From positions 190,866 through 254,865 of the forward strand of contig NC_068988.1 of assembly GCF_001194135.2 (NCBI RefSeq): DNA of 64,000 nt. The letters run 5' to 3'. A program made the translations under genes and the position numbers. The notes beneath the pieces were generated by a model. It was not told where the DNA came from. It did not search any database and worked only from the letters and a program-made list of their open reading frames with translations. The stretch's first letter is position 1. Each line of letters begins with the position of its first letter. The stretch comes from Octopus bimaculoides (lineage: Eukaryota). Positions 37,432 through 50,403 of the stretch are shown here, in pieces.

Positions 37432-37461
37432 AACTTTATGATGAAGAAGATAGAGAAGAAT
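37432..37461 (+). CDS. OSBPL9: OSBPL9 30-nt acidic microexon
   Basis: long T tract, ttccag|AA CTT TAT GAT GAA GAA GAT AGA GAA GAA T|gtaagt; (E)LYDEEDREE; phase 1-1. Confidence 0.75.
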
Positions 37462-37649
37462 GTAAGTTGCATGCTTCAGTGACTTTCAATATCACATGAG
37501 ATTATTGTAACCTGTCAGTGTGCTACATGTCATGTTATGCGTAACTTTGGAAGTATCCTTTGGCCACAATCAGAAAACAGTCACTGTTAATATTAAATGT
37601 TACATATAAACATATATATATACTAAATACATGTGTGTGTATATATATG

Positions 37650-37699
<50 letters not shown>

Positions 37700-37952
37700 C
37701 ACATATAATTATCAGAAGAATAACCCTTGGATGAAATTTATAAACATTTAAGGCATCACTACGCGTGTTTCCACAAATTACATGTCTCTTAAGATCACTA
37801 TCCTTATTTATGAGATGATTACAGTGCAGTCCGTAGGATCCGTGGGCATTGGGGTGATCATCTTCATGGATCCATTTCTGCAGGTGATACAACATTAAAG
37901 GATGTACAACAGGGGGATGAGTATCACTTTTTACCAGTATCAAGGTTAAGTG

Positions 37953-37988
<36 letters not shown>

Positions 37989-38301
37989 ACAATACATATT
38001 GAATGTTATTCATTAACATTTATACATGACTGCTTCTTTACCAAGAGTTTATCAAGGTTATCCTTCTACTTAAACAATGTGTCATGGACAGAAGATTGGG
38101 TGGGGTTGGGCCAAGCACATCATGTTTATGAACTTCATACCTTTTACCATCTTCACCATCCCCGCTATCACTGCTTTTGTGAATGTTTATGTATATTTTA
38201 GCATGTTTTTCATCTAAATAACAAAAGGTTTGTTTTGGAGGACTTAGCAATTCAACTTTCTTTTTGTTTGGTTTGTACAAATTTCTGTTTTCTTCTTGCA
38301 G

Positions 38302-38464
38302 TGGAGTCCTTGGAAAATCATGGCAGTGTCATCACTCATTTGTTATCTCAAGTACGTATTGGAATGGACTTGACTAAAGTGGTGCTGCCAACATTCATTC
38401 TAGAGAGGCGTTCTCTTCTTGAGATGTATGCTGACTTTTTTGCACATCCAGATCTATTTGTTAA
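38302..38464 (+). CDS. OSBPL9: OSBPL9 exon, start of the lipid-binding domain (ORD)
   Basis: cttgcag|TG GAG...GTT AA|gtaagt; [53 protein letters not shown], which resembles ORP9 rather than ORP10/11. Confidence 0.97.
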
Positions 38465-38742
38465 GTAAGTAACTACATTATCATCGTCACCATCAATGTT
38501 TTAATGTCCACTTCTCCATGCATGCATGCATCAAATGGAGTTTATTATACTAGATTTTCTATGGTTGGATGGCCTTCCTGTAGCCAACCCTCATCTGTTT
38601 CCAAACAGGTTAATGTTTCCCCTATTACTTCAAATGTTGAACAGCACTTTAGCTGGCCATGTTTTCAGGGAAGGCTGGAAACAAATGACACTACTTGTAT
38701 GACATTGATATTCACCTACAACTTTCACACAGTGACAAAGAG

Positions 38743-38792
<50 letters not shown>

Positions 38793-39748
38793 CTTCTAAA
38801 TCCATTCACAGAGCTTTGGTTAGGCTCTTGTAGAGGACACTTGTCCAAAGTGCCATGCAGTAGGGTTGAACCCAGAACCATATGGTCAGAAGCAAACTTC
38901 ATAACCCCCACAGTAATGTCTGCAGATTACCTCTGCGTGTTAGAGATCCACTTTGTTTCGAATCTGTTGACTTCGTAAATGTTTTACGTTTAACAGCTTT
39001 TACAACCAGTTTTTTTCCAAAATGGTTTTATGATTATGAACTTTTGTGTATTTTTAGAGTAATATTATTAACAGGATACTGTTTCCCATTGCTAATTAAT
39101 GAGTCATTAAGTAAAGGTGGTTCATTAATTAGTCAGAAGCAAGTAGAATAATTTGCTCAGAGTAGCCAAATGTTATGATTTAAACCCCCACAACCACAGC
39201 CTCTAAAGACTCGCACCATATTTTCTCTTAGTCATCAGCAGCAGCAGCAGCAACAACAGCTTTCCATGCTGGTATGGGTTGTACAGGTTGTCACAGTCTA
39301 AGCCAGTTATTTACAGTGACTGCTCTTCCCAGACATTTTAGAACCATGCCTTGATTCTATGGTCTATTTTCAGCAAGGTTCAAGGTTTCTGCAGCTGGAT
39401 GCCCTTTTTTTTCTGATGCCAACCACTTTACAGAACGTACTTAATGTATTTTACTGTGGCACCAACACTACAGAGGTCATCATATTCTCAGCAACACTTA
39501 GAGAGTCCTTTCCCTCCAATCTTGTCTCCAATTGCTTGATGACCACTTTACAGGAAAGACATTATAGCTTGTAGTCCCTGATATACAGAAAGACAGATTG
39601 TCATGGCTGGAAGGCCTTTTGTCATACTTCTGCTTATAAAATCTATTTTATATTTCATTGTTCAAATGTTACAATTATTGAGTGATTAAGGATTATGACA
39701 AATTTGTCATAAATTTATTGTTTATCCTTTATCTAAATATAACACACC

Positions 39749-40507
39749 TAAAATTATATTTATCACTAACTTAAAATTATATTTATCACTAACTTAAAAT
39801 TATATTTATCACTAACTTAAAATTATATTTATCACTAACTTAAAATTATATTTATCACTAACTTAAAATTATATTTATCACTAACTTAAAATTANNNNNN
39901 NNNNNNNNNNNNNNNNNNNNNNNNNNNNNNNNNNNNNNNNNNNNNNNNNNNNNNNNNNNNNNNNNNNNNNNNNNNNNNNNNNNNNNNNNNNNNNNNNNNN
40001 NNNNNNNNNNNNNNNNNNNNNNNNNNNNNNNNNNNNNNNNNNNNNNNNNNNNNNNNNNNNNNNNNNNNNNNNNNNNNNNNNNNNNNNNNNNNNNNNNNNN
40101 NNNNNNNNNNNNNNNNNNNNNNNNNNNNNNNNNNNNNNNNNNNNNNNNNNNNNNNNNNNNNNNNNNNNNNNNNNNNNNNNNNNNNNNNNNNNNNNNNNNN
40201 NNNNNNNNNNNNNNNNNNNNNNNNNNNNNNNNNNNNNNNNNNNNNNNNNNNNNNNNNNNNNNNNNNNNNNNNNNNNNNNNNNNNNNNNNNNNNNNNTCAC
40301 TAACTTAAAATTATATTTATCACTAACTTAAAATTATATTTATCACTAACTTAAAATTATATTTATCACTAACTTAAAATTATATTTATCACTAACTTAA
40401 AATTATATTTATCACTTAGCTGAAATTATTTTTATCACTTACTTAAAGTTATATTTATCACTTACTTAAAATTATATTTATCACTTACTTAAAATTATAT
40501 TTATCAT
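39749..40507. repeat. 23-bp AT-rich minisatellite spanning an N gap
   Basis: unit TTAAAATTATATTTATCACTAAC; identical copies on both sides of gap 39895-40296; the last copies diverge (CACTTAC). Confidence 0.97.
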
Positions 40508-40539
40508 CTGAAAAAACCAAAAACTTGCCTTTATTTTAG

Positions 40540-40705
40540 GATTGCTGACATTGACAATCCCAAAGACCGAATGCTACAAGTTGTAAGATGGTACATGTCT
40601 GCTTTCCATGCAGGCCGAAAGAGTGAAATAGCTAAGAAACCTTATAATCCAATTCTAGGAGAAATATTCCGGTGTCACTGGAAAATTCCTGGTGTCTCCA
40701 ACTGT
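40540..40705 (+). CDS. OSBPL9: OSBPL9 ORD exon
   Basis: attttag|G ATT...AAC TGT|gtgagt; [55 protein letters not shown] (KPYNPILGE motif); missing from the ORF track. Confidence 0.95.
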
Positions 40706-41240
40706 GTGAGTTAATGTTACAGTGTTTTTTCTTGACAAAAAATGTGTTTGGTTTAAAAGAAATCTCTCAAATCCCCTTAGACACATGAAAGGGCTGAAGA
40801 CAGACAGTTTCCTCTTTGGCCAAGCCCTCATCACCTGAAAAAGAAAGTGAGGGTGGAAAGGGAAGTGCTGCCTCCCAGCAATTTTGTTCAAAGGTTGGTG
40901 AATGTGGCAGGACTGGTCTCAGTGAACGGGCTTACTCTACGCATGTGCCTGTAGATTGAAGGAAGATGATGTGGAGAGGGCACTTACCCTAGTTGTCCAG
41001 GCAAAAACCATGGTTTTGTGGGGTTTCCATGAGTAGCCCAAGGAAGTCTCCCTCTTTTGGGGAATTGTTTAACATTAGAATTTATATTGTTACTGTTTTA
41101 CGACTTTTTACACGCTTCTTTGCGTAACCCCACATTTTATTGCCCTGTACCACCCACTAACATGTTTTTGTGAGCTCTTAGAGATTCATAAATAAATTAT
41201 TATTATTATCATTAGCAGCAGCAGCAGCAGTAGTAGTAGT

Positions 41241-41415
41241 AAGGTGGCAAGTTGGCAGAATTGTTAGTGTGTCAAACCAAATACTTACAAGCATTATGAG
41301 TTCAAATCCCACCAAGGTCAACTTTTCTATTTGTCCTTTTATGGGTTGATAAAATAAATTGCCTGTCAAATACTTGGGTTGATGTAATCAACTAACCCCT
41401 CTCCCCTAAAACTGG
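41241..41415 (+). mobile_element. SINE family B
   Basis: ggtggcaagttggcagaattgttag head, gagttcaaatccc, ggttgatgtaatc. Confidence 0.72.
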
Positions 41416-41785
41416 TTAAGGATTCTCCTTGTCATTTAAAAGGAAAGCAATCGTTATTGATGTTTGGACAGTATTCTTCGTTGGAATGTATTTAGACTTT
41501 GTTGAGAATTGTACAGATGTCATAAAACAGAGCACAGACTTCATTATATCATTCTCAACATTTTAACTGTAAAAGTAATATCAAAATGAAGTCCCTGGAA
41601 AAAGCGATTCCTAATATTTACCGTGAAAGAGGAAACCCTTAAATCTGGGGAGAGATGGGGATGTTTCAGAAGGGTGATGAACAATAGTTGATAAAATTCA
41701 ATCATGATTGATTTTTGCCTCTCATCTCTAATTGATCAATTAAAAATGTAACAAACTAATTTAATCAACTATACATCTTCTCTTC

Positions 41786-42003
41786 AAACTTTGTACTCTC
41801 TTTCACTAGTGTGAGAAACTATTGTACTTTATCAGTATTCTAATTTGTACTCCCTTTCATGAATGTGAGAATGTATTGTACATTGTCAATAATCAAATTT
41901 GTATTCTTTCATCAATGTGAAAAATTATTGTACTTGGTCAGTAATCTAATTTGTACCCCTTTTCACCACTGTCAAAAATGATTGTACCTTCTCAGTTATC
42001 TCA
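41786..42003. repeat. degenerate ~54-bp tandem repeat, 4 copies
   Basis: tttgta(c) at 41790, 41844, 41898 and 41950, each followed by ctttca...tgt(g)a...attgtac. Confidence 0.8.
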
Positions 42004-42114
42004 TCGGAAGATTTCTTTGTGCATTACTTTTAAAGAGATTTGTTTTCAAGTCTAACCCTAACCCTTTTGCAACAACTGAAAGCAGTGAAGGAATAAAACC
42101 ATTTCATCTTTCAG

Positions 42115-42199
42115 AGTACAGCTGAGAGTCCACTTTTCCCTTGGGCAAGAGAAGATAATTTAATTTTTATTGCTGAACAAGTCTCACATCACCCACCAA
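42115..42199 (+). CDS. OSBPL9: OSBPL9 ORD exon with OSBP signature
   Basis: ctttcag|AGT...CCA A|gtaagt; STAESPLFPWAREDNLIFIAEQVSHHPP (EQVSHHPP signature). Confidence 0.96.
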
Positions 42200-42232
42200 G
42201 TAAGTGGAGCTTTATTTCTCTTTCAAGTACCT

Positions 42233-42465
42233 TTGACCCCTTTCGTTACCAACCCGGCTGAAACCACCTCTGCGGCTTTGTAGTACAAATGTCTTGTTTT
42301 CAAAAGTTCTGAATTAAAGTCTTCCAGCAAACCTTAGTCACAGTTTATTTTCCTAACACTAACTTAATGATAACAAAGTTATTTTACTAAATTCTTTCTT
42401 ATATTTTAAATTAATTGAAAGAAACACCGAACATCTCAACAGAAATATGGTAACAAAAGGGTTAA
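42233..42465 (-). mobile_element. piggyBac-like MITE
   Basis: reverse-orientation copy of the 9002-9231 family, 33 nt downstream of the 42199 donor. Confidence 0.82.
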
Positions 42466-43534
42466 CTACCTTTTCTCTTCATTAGGGGTTAGTGGAACTG
42501 TTTGTAGCTAGAAAGGCCCCAATGAAGTTAACAAATTTTAAAACCATTAGTTTCATCAAACATGTATTAATGAATTATTCTCTCTCTCTCTCTCTCTCGC
42601 TCTCACTCTTTTTGCCTGGTAAAACCAATATCTAGTAATCTAAATATAATATTGACATAGAATTGACATTAGAATCTCACCCAAATCTATTTTGTGGATC
42701 ACTAAGGACTTTTGGAAAAGGCATTGCCTCACAACTTCCATTTCACTTTCTCTCCAAATTGTTCAAGTTATATCCATTGTTAGATGTTGTGAAGAGGCTT
42801 TTTTACAGCAGTTTCTTAAAAGTTTTGATTGATTTTTAATACAAAGATCAATAGAAAAGTCTGTCAAATCTACTCTTTTTTTTCTCTCAGTGATGATCAT
42901 AATTAGATTTGAAGTAAACTTTTTGTTGTTGTTGTTGTACACATCAGCTTACTTAATGCTAATATTTTCTTTTCTGTATATAAGTTTGTTTATTATGTTG
43001 TATAGTTTAAACTAATTAATTAGTTGTTTATTTCAACCATTATTCATATTTGGGTGATATTTAAAATGGTTATCTTTTAAAAAAGCAGGAGGTGGCCGGT
43101 AACTTTGTACTCTTTGAATTTTATGATAACTTTATCATCTTTCATCCGTTATTTAATTTTGTAATAATCTTTTGTATTCAACTCATACTCATGTTAGGGA
43201 AATTTACTTTAGATTCAAATTTTACTGTGTCTTGGGAGAATCATTGCACTATCACACATGTGCTGGTTCAATTTCACTTCGATGAAAGAAATTTGACTAC
43301 AAACAACAGATTGATTGTTTAACCAAGACATTAAACAAATGATTGATTAGTTAGATGATGAGATATTTAACCAATTGACTAGCAATAAAGAAGTGGAATT
43401 GAACCTGTGCATGTGTTATCATTGTCATAATGATCCACCCCCTGCAAGACACAACAAAATATTTTCGAATGTTTATATTTAATTGTATTTATTTTTGTTT
43501 GAGTTGTATTAAATTTTGTTTTTCTTTTATCCAG

Positions 43535-43709
43535 TCTCTGCCTTCTATGCAGAACACTACGATAAAAGAATCAGCTTGGATGGATACATATGGACGAAAT
43601 CTAAATTTCTTGGTTTGTCCATCGGTGTTCATATGATTGGGCAAGCAGTCCTATCAGTCCCAGATTTTGAAGAAGAGTACATATTCACATTTCCAAATGG
43701 TTATGGAAG
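43535..43709 (+). CDS. OSBPL9: OSBPL9 ORD exon
   Basis: tatccag|TC TCT...GGA AG|gttagt; [57 protein letters not shown]. Confidence 0.96.
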
Positions 43710-45149
43710 GTTAGTAGAGGAGTTTTATTTCATGTCTATGATGATGTTTGTCTTAAAAATTCATTTCAGACAACTGAGTCTCACTTTCTCTTCGTAAAAT
43801 ATGCAGACATTTTAATAACTGGAATGTTCACGTTTATTATCATTATTGTTGTTGTTGTTGAGTGAGAGAGCAGTGCATGCCATCAAAGTGAGACTGGGGT
43901 AAAATATACGAAGCCCAATATACCCATCATGACTACCTGTCTGATAAGAGTACACCAGGCACATGCATCATAACCATATGTGCGCGACATGGTGATCTCA
44001 TCAAGATAAACAGCGCATGACCTTGCAGGTGAGGTCCAGTTAGAATATTCTTCAGGTCAAGTTGCCCATCCTTCTCAAAAGGTCCCTGAATAAGGGTTGT
44101 TTAAGGATGTTGAACGAAACACCCATGTTTCCAGAGGTGAATTATCCAAACTAGAAAGAATTCCTCTCAACACATGGCTAAGATGATCCCCCACTACTTC
44201 TGCTCCTGATCAGAGATGCACATATCGTCAGCCACCAAAGGACATGCTCAACTGGTTAAAGTCAAACAACTGACAAGCAAATCTGTGATATTGAGCAAAA
44301 TATTTGCTGTAGCTCATCTTTTATACTAAGACAGAACAATGTCATGATAACACTTCCAATCAGTTAAGATCAGAAGCCATGAGAGCCACTGCCTGGTACT
44401 GCATCAGGGCATTTATTATTATTATTATTATTATTNNNNNNNNNNNNNNNNNNNNNNNNNNNNNNNNNNNNNNNNNNNNNNNNNNNNNNNNNNCAAAAAA
44501 AATGTAAGATGTTGGTTTTTTTTTTTATTAAAGATAAAAGAGGAAATGAAACATTTAGTTTTTGCTCAGCTCACAAGACTAAAAACCTCCTCAGCTTGTG
44601 GGGTTACTGTAGAGAGGGAGGTAGCTTTATGCTCTGTTGAAGTGTGAGAGAAGGACCAGAACCACACGTTTTTTGCTGTACAGGAGCTGCATGGCTACTT
44701 ATAGGAGAGAAGGTGAGGTGAAGCTGGAATGAGGGATAAAGTAAAGTTGAACTGTCAGGATGAACCATGGAGGTATAAGAAGGTAAATGGGAGGGGTGAC
44801 AGAGAAACGGAGATTGAGGGATGGGTAATGGGTCAGAGGGAGGGGGGGTGAAATATAACGAAGGACAAACGTTGAGGATCGGTTGATGATAGATATACAT
44901 TGGAGGGGAGGGGCAAGGAAGGGCAAATGATGACTGTAGAAATTGGGTGGAGTTGAGGGGTGGAAATAGTAAATGGTGGATGAGGGTGGAAGGATGGTTG
45001 ATGATTCTTATGAAATGGGAGAGTAGGCAATGACTGTCATCAAAAGACATAAAATCGTGATTTATGAAAATTCATGCCAAAATAAAATCATTTTGTAGAA
45101 TAATGGTATTTTATGTGTCATTCCATTTTTTATTACCCAATATTTGTAT

Positions 45150-45332
45150 CCGAGCTGGCAGAGTCATTAGCATACCAGGCAGAATGCCTAACAGCAGCAT
45201 TTTGTCTGTCTTTATGTTCCGTGTTCATTCTTTCAAGGTCTATAAATTATGTACCAGTTGTGTACTGGGGTTGATGTAATCAACTTACCCCCCTCCTCAG
45301 AAATTGCTGGCCTTGTACCAAAATTTGAAATC
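45150..45332 (+). mobile_element. SINE family B
   Basis: gagctggcagagtcattagc...gtaccagttgtgtactggggttgatgtaatc. Confidence 0.75.
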
Positions 45333-45427
45333 AGTGGGTGCGCGTGTGTGTGGACATGCGGATGTTATCTGTAGCTGTTGAACTAATCTATTTATGTCTT
45401 TAAATAACTTTTCTTATTTTCTTACAG

Positions 45428-45524
45428 GTCCATTTTAACAGTTCCTTGGGTTGAGCTTGGTGGTAAAGTCTCTTTGACTTGTCCAAAGAGTGGCTATAGT
45501 GCAAATATTGAATTTCATACGAAG
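45428..45524 (+). CDS. OSBPL9: OSBPL9 ORD exon
   Basis: cttacag|G TCC...ACG AAG|gttggt; [32 protein letters not shown]. Confidence 0.96.
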
Positions 45525-47420
45525 GTTGGTGTGCAGGAAGCTTTTAAAGAAATACTTTTGTTTATATATGACCCTTAACAGCTTAAAATAATAGCCCTCT
45601 CTCTCTCTCATACAAGCTGCATGTTTTTGTTTCCAATTTTCAATAAAAACATGTCAGACCATAGGGGAAAATATTACCTTGTTTGGAAACAGGTGAAGAT
45701 TGCCAACAGGAAGGGCATTCAGCCTTAGAAAATCTTCCCATCTCAACCATGCAAGCATTGAAAAGAAAAAAAATATGGTATTTTGTAACTTAAAGGCATA
45801 AAAGCGACAGAAATAGTTTTGCCGAACTGAATGGTAGTGTTGAGTTATGTCCCTTCATCTTCTGAGTGAAAACACCCCTGAAGTTGACTATCTGTTTATC
45901 AGCACCATGAATTAACTACCTGTAATATACTGGGGATTGAATCAGTTAACTGTATCCTTTATGTGACTTAGTGCCAAAGTTACAAGTTAGTATTTACAAA
46001 CATAGGTTACCCAACACTTAAATTGACATAATTTATACAAGAAAGACTAAAAATTTATGGAGGAAAGTATAAACGATAATAGTTCTTGATAATTATAAGG
46101 TAACGCCCCTAAATGCGGCTTTGGAATATTTATGTAAACAAATTTATTATTCATAGACATTCTAGTCATCGTCATTATTGTGTTAACATTCACTTTTCCA
46201 TCCTTGCGTAAGATGGAACTTTTTGAGCTAGATTTTACATGGCCGGATGTTCTTCCTGTCGCTAAGCAAGGTGGTGACTCTGAATGACCAGACATATTGT
46301 TGAGGAAGAATGGAAACGAGCGAAAGCATCTGGATAAGGGTGACACTTGCTTGCAGCCATCATCTGATGCCAAGACGGAGGCACACACACAACAGCATCA
46401 TCTCAGAGTCCACCTGTCAAATCCACTCACAAGGTTTTGGTTGGCCCAGGGCTATAGTAGAAGACAGTTGCCCGAAGTGCCATGCAGTGGGACTGAACCC
46501 AAACTCATGTGGTTGGGAAGTGAACTAAGCTACACCTGCACCTATGATTGTTGTTCTGAATTTTATTAAATCAATATATCTGTCTCGCTATAACCTTTTC
46601 ATCAGCACCTCCTCCAATGTTGCCTCCCCTTTTAAAAGTTTTTGCCTTGCAAGTACTTGATGACCCTGTCAGTGCAGGTGCCCTCACTGTAAAGTGGTTA
46701 GTGTTAGAAAGAGCATCCAGCTGTAAAAACCTTGCCAAAACTTAGCTCACCTGTGCTTGTGCCACGTAAAAAGCACTACTCACCTAATCTTGCCAAAACC
46801 ATCCCAGAAGTCCAGTGCAGGCATCGGCCTGGCCAGCTCTTGTGGTACCATCCTACCCCATTGCGAACATGGAACACAGACTTTTTATAGTGCTGGCACA
46901 AATTATGTGCATACCTTGTTGGGTGCCATTGCGAAAAGAATTGTTAATTTTCCAAATTTATAAGTATGTAACTTACATCAAATTGCTATTTTATTCTTAA
47001 AGTTCAACTGTTTTTATGGTTGTTTTTCTTTTATAGATTTTTAGAGAAGGTTATCAATATATGGTTCCCTTAATGGTCACAGCTATTATAAGGGAGATAA
47101 TCATTTCATCAAAAATATGAAGCTAGATAAGAAATTTGAATTTGAAATTATGGAATTATATGAATGAAAGATGCATAGAATCCACATGTTTACATTTTAT
47201 TTGTTTACTTAATACAAAGTTATTAAAATTTTGAGTTCTTGGCAATCATGTACAGTACCATTGCATCCTTTTTAGAAATCATCAACTTGATTTACAAGGG
47301 CAGTAATCATTTCAGCAGGCAGCGAGTTCCTCCACTCCTGGCCTAACATAATTAGAATTATTGTTGCACTTCCTTAAATCTGTTTTGGTTTTATTTATGT
47401 ATTTTTAATTATTCACACAG

Positions 47421-47543
47421 CCTTTTTATGGTGGTAAGAAACATAGGATTACAGCTGAAATTCTGGCAGCTAATGAGAAAAAACCCTTTTGTAGTATTGA
47501 AGGTGAATGGAATGGTGTAATGTATGCTAAACATTCATCAGGA
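47421..47543 (+). CDS. OSBPL9: OSBPL9 ORD exon
   Basis: cacacag|CCT...GGA|gtaagt; [41 protein letters not shown]. Confidence 0.96.
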
Positions 47544-47754
47544 GTAAGTAGATGCCTCACCGTTTCATTTTTTATTCTTGCTGAAAGCTTTTCACTTGTT
47601 TTAAAATTTAACATTAAGTCTTCATTATTGAATATATTTCCTTTGTTCATATTTCAACCAAATTTTTAATACAAATAAGAATTTTCCAGGCTTGTTCTTA
47701 TTTTAGCTTTCTATTGAATTTAGTTGGTCGTCATACAAATTTGGATCATTATTG

Positions 47755-47945
47755 TCATCATCATCATCATTTAACGTCCATCTTCCATGCTGGCATGGGT
47801 TGGATGATTTGACCAGGGCTGGCCAGCTGGAGGGCTGCACCAGGCTCCAGTTGTCTGTTTTGGCATGGTTTCTATGGCTGGATGCCCTTCCTAATGCCAA
47901 CACTTTATAGAGTATATTGAGTGCTTTTCATGTGTCCACCAGCAC
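47755..47945 (+). mobile_element. SINE-like family C
   Basis: shared blocks; an inverted partial copy follows at about 48000-48160. Confidence 0.78.
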
Positions 47946-48670
47946 AGGTGTTTTTGGAAATGATAGGCTTGTAATGTCAACATAAATCAGATATGAAGTG
48001 AAACTAAAAATTCTGTATATGGCTGTTAGGAAAGGCACCCAACCATAGAAACCATAGAAACCATGCCAAAACAGACAACCGGAGCCTGCACTGGCCAGCT
48101 CCTGTCAAATGGCCCAACCCAGCTTGGAAAAAAGAACTTGAATGATGATGATGATGATGGTGTGTGTGTGTGTGATGAAATTACTTTACTCATCAGAGCC
48201 CTTCATTAGAGGAACATTAATTTCTGTCTTGTGTCACAGCATCAACATTTGTCACATTTTGTTTTTTTATGTCCAATGCCTCTATCTACTCCACTTGAAA
48301 CATATCCTACTTCTTTGAGACGTATATTCTGATTGCACTTGAAATAGACGGAAGAAGAGATGCAGTGAGTTATCTATCAGAAGTGGTTTAAATTTTATAT
48401 ATGCACCCATAGGGTCCATCCCCTGCACTCAATCTGTCCTTGTCCCAGCCATCGTGAGAAATGGAATGGTAAGGAAGATTACAGGTAAGTTATAGGTGAG
48501 GTAGTGCAGTGTAAGGTTCGTATCCATATGTGGAATCTTGGATATTCTGTTTCTGGTGAGACTGTGAGAATATTAGTTTCTCTAGTAAATATAATGCTAA
48601 CATATTCGAAATAGTTGCAGCTAAATTTTTGTTTTGTTGTATTTTTGTTTCTATTCTTAATAAATTTCAG

Positions 48671-48762
48671 ATGAATGAAGTATTTGTTGACACCAAAAGA
48701 ATGCCAATAATAAAGAAACAAGTGCAGGAACTTGACAAACAAGATGCTATGGAATCTCGAAA
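48671..48762 (+). CDS. OSBPL9: OSBPL9 ORD exon
   Basis: atttcag|ATG...CGA AA|gtaaga; MNEVFVDTKRMPIIKKQVQELDKQDAMESR. Confidence 0.94.
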
Positions 48763-49227
48763 GTAAGAAATTGTTTTATATTCTGTGCTTTAACACTTCT
48801 GATACTAAGTTTGGATTGAAGAACCTGTGATTCTTCAATGCAAGCTTCTTGTTTTAAAATGGTCTTTAATTAAAAACCTTCCATCAAAATTTTATGCTAA
48901 TTTATGTCCCAAACACCAGCTTAATAATGACAGTTATTTTGCTAAATTTTTCATTATTTTCAAATTTAATTGAAGGAAAGATAACGTAATTTAATGGAAA
49001 CATAACAGAAGAGATACTATAACGAGTTCAATTAAGAGCTTGTTATATTTTTCATGTAATCTTACTTTATTATGTAATTTCATATTAAAATTAATGGACT
49101 AAGGTTTTTGTTTTTGTGATTACTAAGGAAGACAAAATTAGTGTATCTCTCCGAAAATTCATTTAACTTCTTCAAACTTAACGAGATCAAATTCTAATGA
49201 TTACAATTTTAAAATTTCCACCTGGCT

Positions 49228-49458
49228 TTAACCCTTTCGTTACCGTATTCATTTTGAGATGCTCTGTGTTTCTTTCAATTACTTTAAATATAATAAGGAA
49301 TTTAGTAAAATAACTTGGTTATCATTCAGCTAGTGTTAGGAACATAAATTTTGACTAAAGTTATTTGGTGGAAGATTTTAATTGAAAACTTAGGAAAACA
49401 AGACATTTGTACTCAGAGCCAGAGGTGGTTTCAGCCAGGTTGGTAACGAAACGGTTAA
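49228..49458 (+). mobile_element. piggyBac-like MITE
   Basis: TTAACCCTTTCGTTACC...GGTAACGAAACGGTTAA. Confidence 0.85.
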
Positions 49459-50267
49459 TTAATTAATTTTGGGCCTTGTGCCTAGAGTAGAAAAGAATAA
49501 AGGTGGTCCTCTCTACTTTAGGCGCAAGGCCTGAAATCTTGTTGGGGAGGGGACTAATCCATTACAGTGATATCCCCACTGCTTGACTCTTACTCGTTTT
49601 ATCAGTTCTGAAAAGGATGAAAGGCCAATTTGAACTCAGAACATAAAGCCAGAGAAATGTCACTAAGCACAGCAACAATTCTGACAGCTCAGTGCCTTTA
49701 TCAGCATAATAATAATAATAACTCTGCTTATTATCATCATTTTATATTTTATTTCTCCGTGCTGGCATGGGTTGGCTACATCTGTCTCAACACAGTACAT
49801 TGCTGCTTGTGTTGCAGTTATTTTTTCATCAGTTTCTGCAAGGTCCAGCATTCCAAGATCGAATCTCACCCCCCTCCCCTCTAACCTCTTTCCACACTTT
49901 ATTTCTATCTTGAGATTGAGACATTTTCACTTCTAACTCTCACCCTTCATTCTCAGATAAACATAGCCATTCAGCATTTTGACCAGCCATATCAGCTCCA
50001 AATATTCTACCTCTTTTATATTCAAACAAGCCAGATTCAGCCTCTCACACCTATCCTACAATGTCATTCTAAGATTCAGCAATCATGTCACTGATATATT
50101 AAAGCTACAAAATAATGTGTAATTCATTCAAAAGAATATTTGAGAGAATACTCTAAATGCTAACAAATTAATCAACGATTATTGTAAGGTCTACATTCTG
50201 TTGTATTTTTAATTTAACTTTATTAATTAATATCATTTTTTTTTTCTTTTTCTTAATCAATCTTCAG

Positions 50268-50403
50268 TCTCTGGAGAGATGTTACTTATAACTTGAAGAT
50301 CAAAAATATTAACAGTGCAACTGAAGCTAAGCATCTTTTGGAACAACGGCAGCGGGATGAAGCCAAAGAACGGAAAGAAAAGGGATTTGTTTGGGAAACT
50401 AAA
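50268..50403 (+). CDS. OSBPL9: OSBPL9 ORD exon
   Basis: tcttcag|T CTC...AAA|gtaagc; [45 protein letters not shown]. Confidence 0.96.

Noticed and set aside
39749-40507. CRISPR-like array (also considered for 29734-29958)
   Set aside because: Head-to-tail units without unique spacers of regular length, eukaryotic context, and no cas genes.
42051-42066. Telomeric (TTAGGG/CCCTAA) repeats (also about 6498-6509)
   Set aside because: Only two units; expected by chance.
43860-44410. Probable interspersed repeat between (GTT)n and (ATT)n
   Set aside because: Single copy in the window with no diagnostic motif; cannot be supported or classified from this sequence alone.
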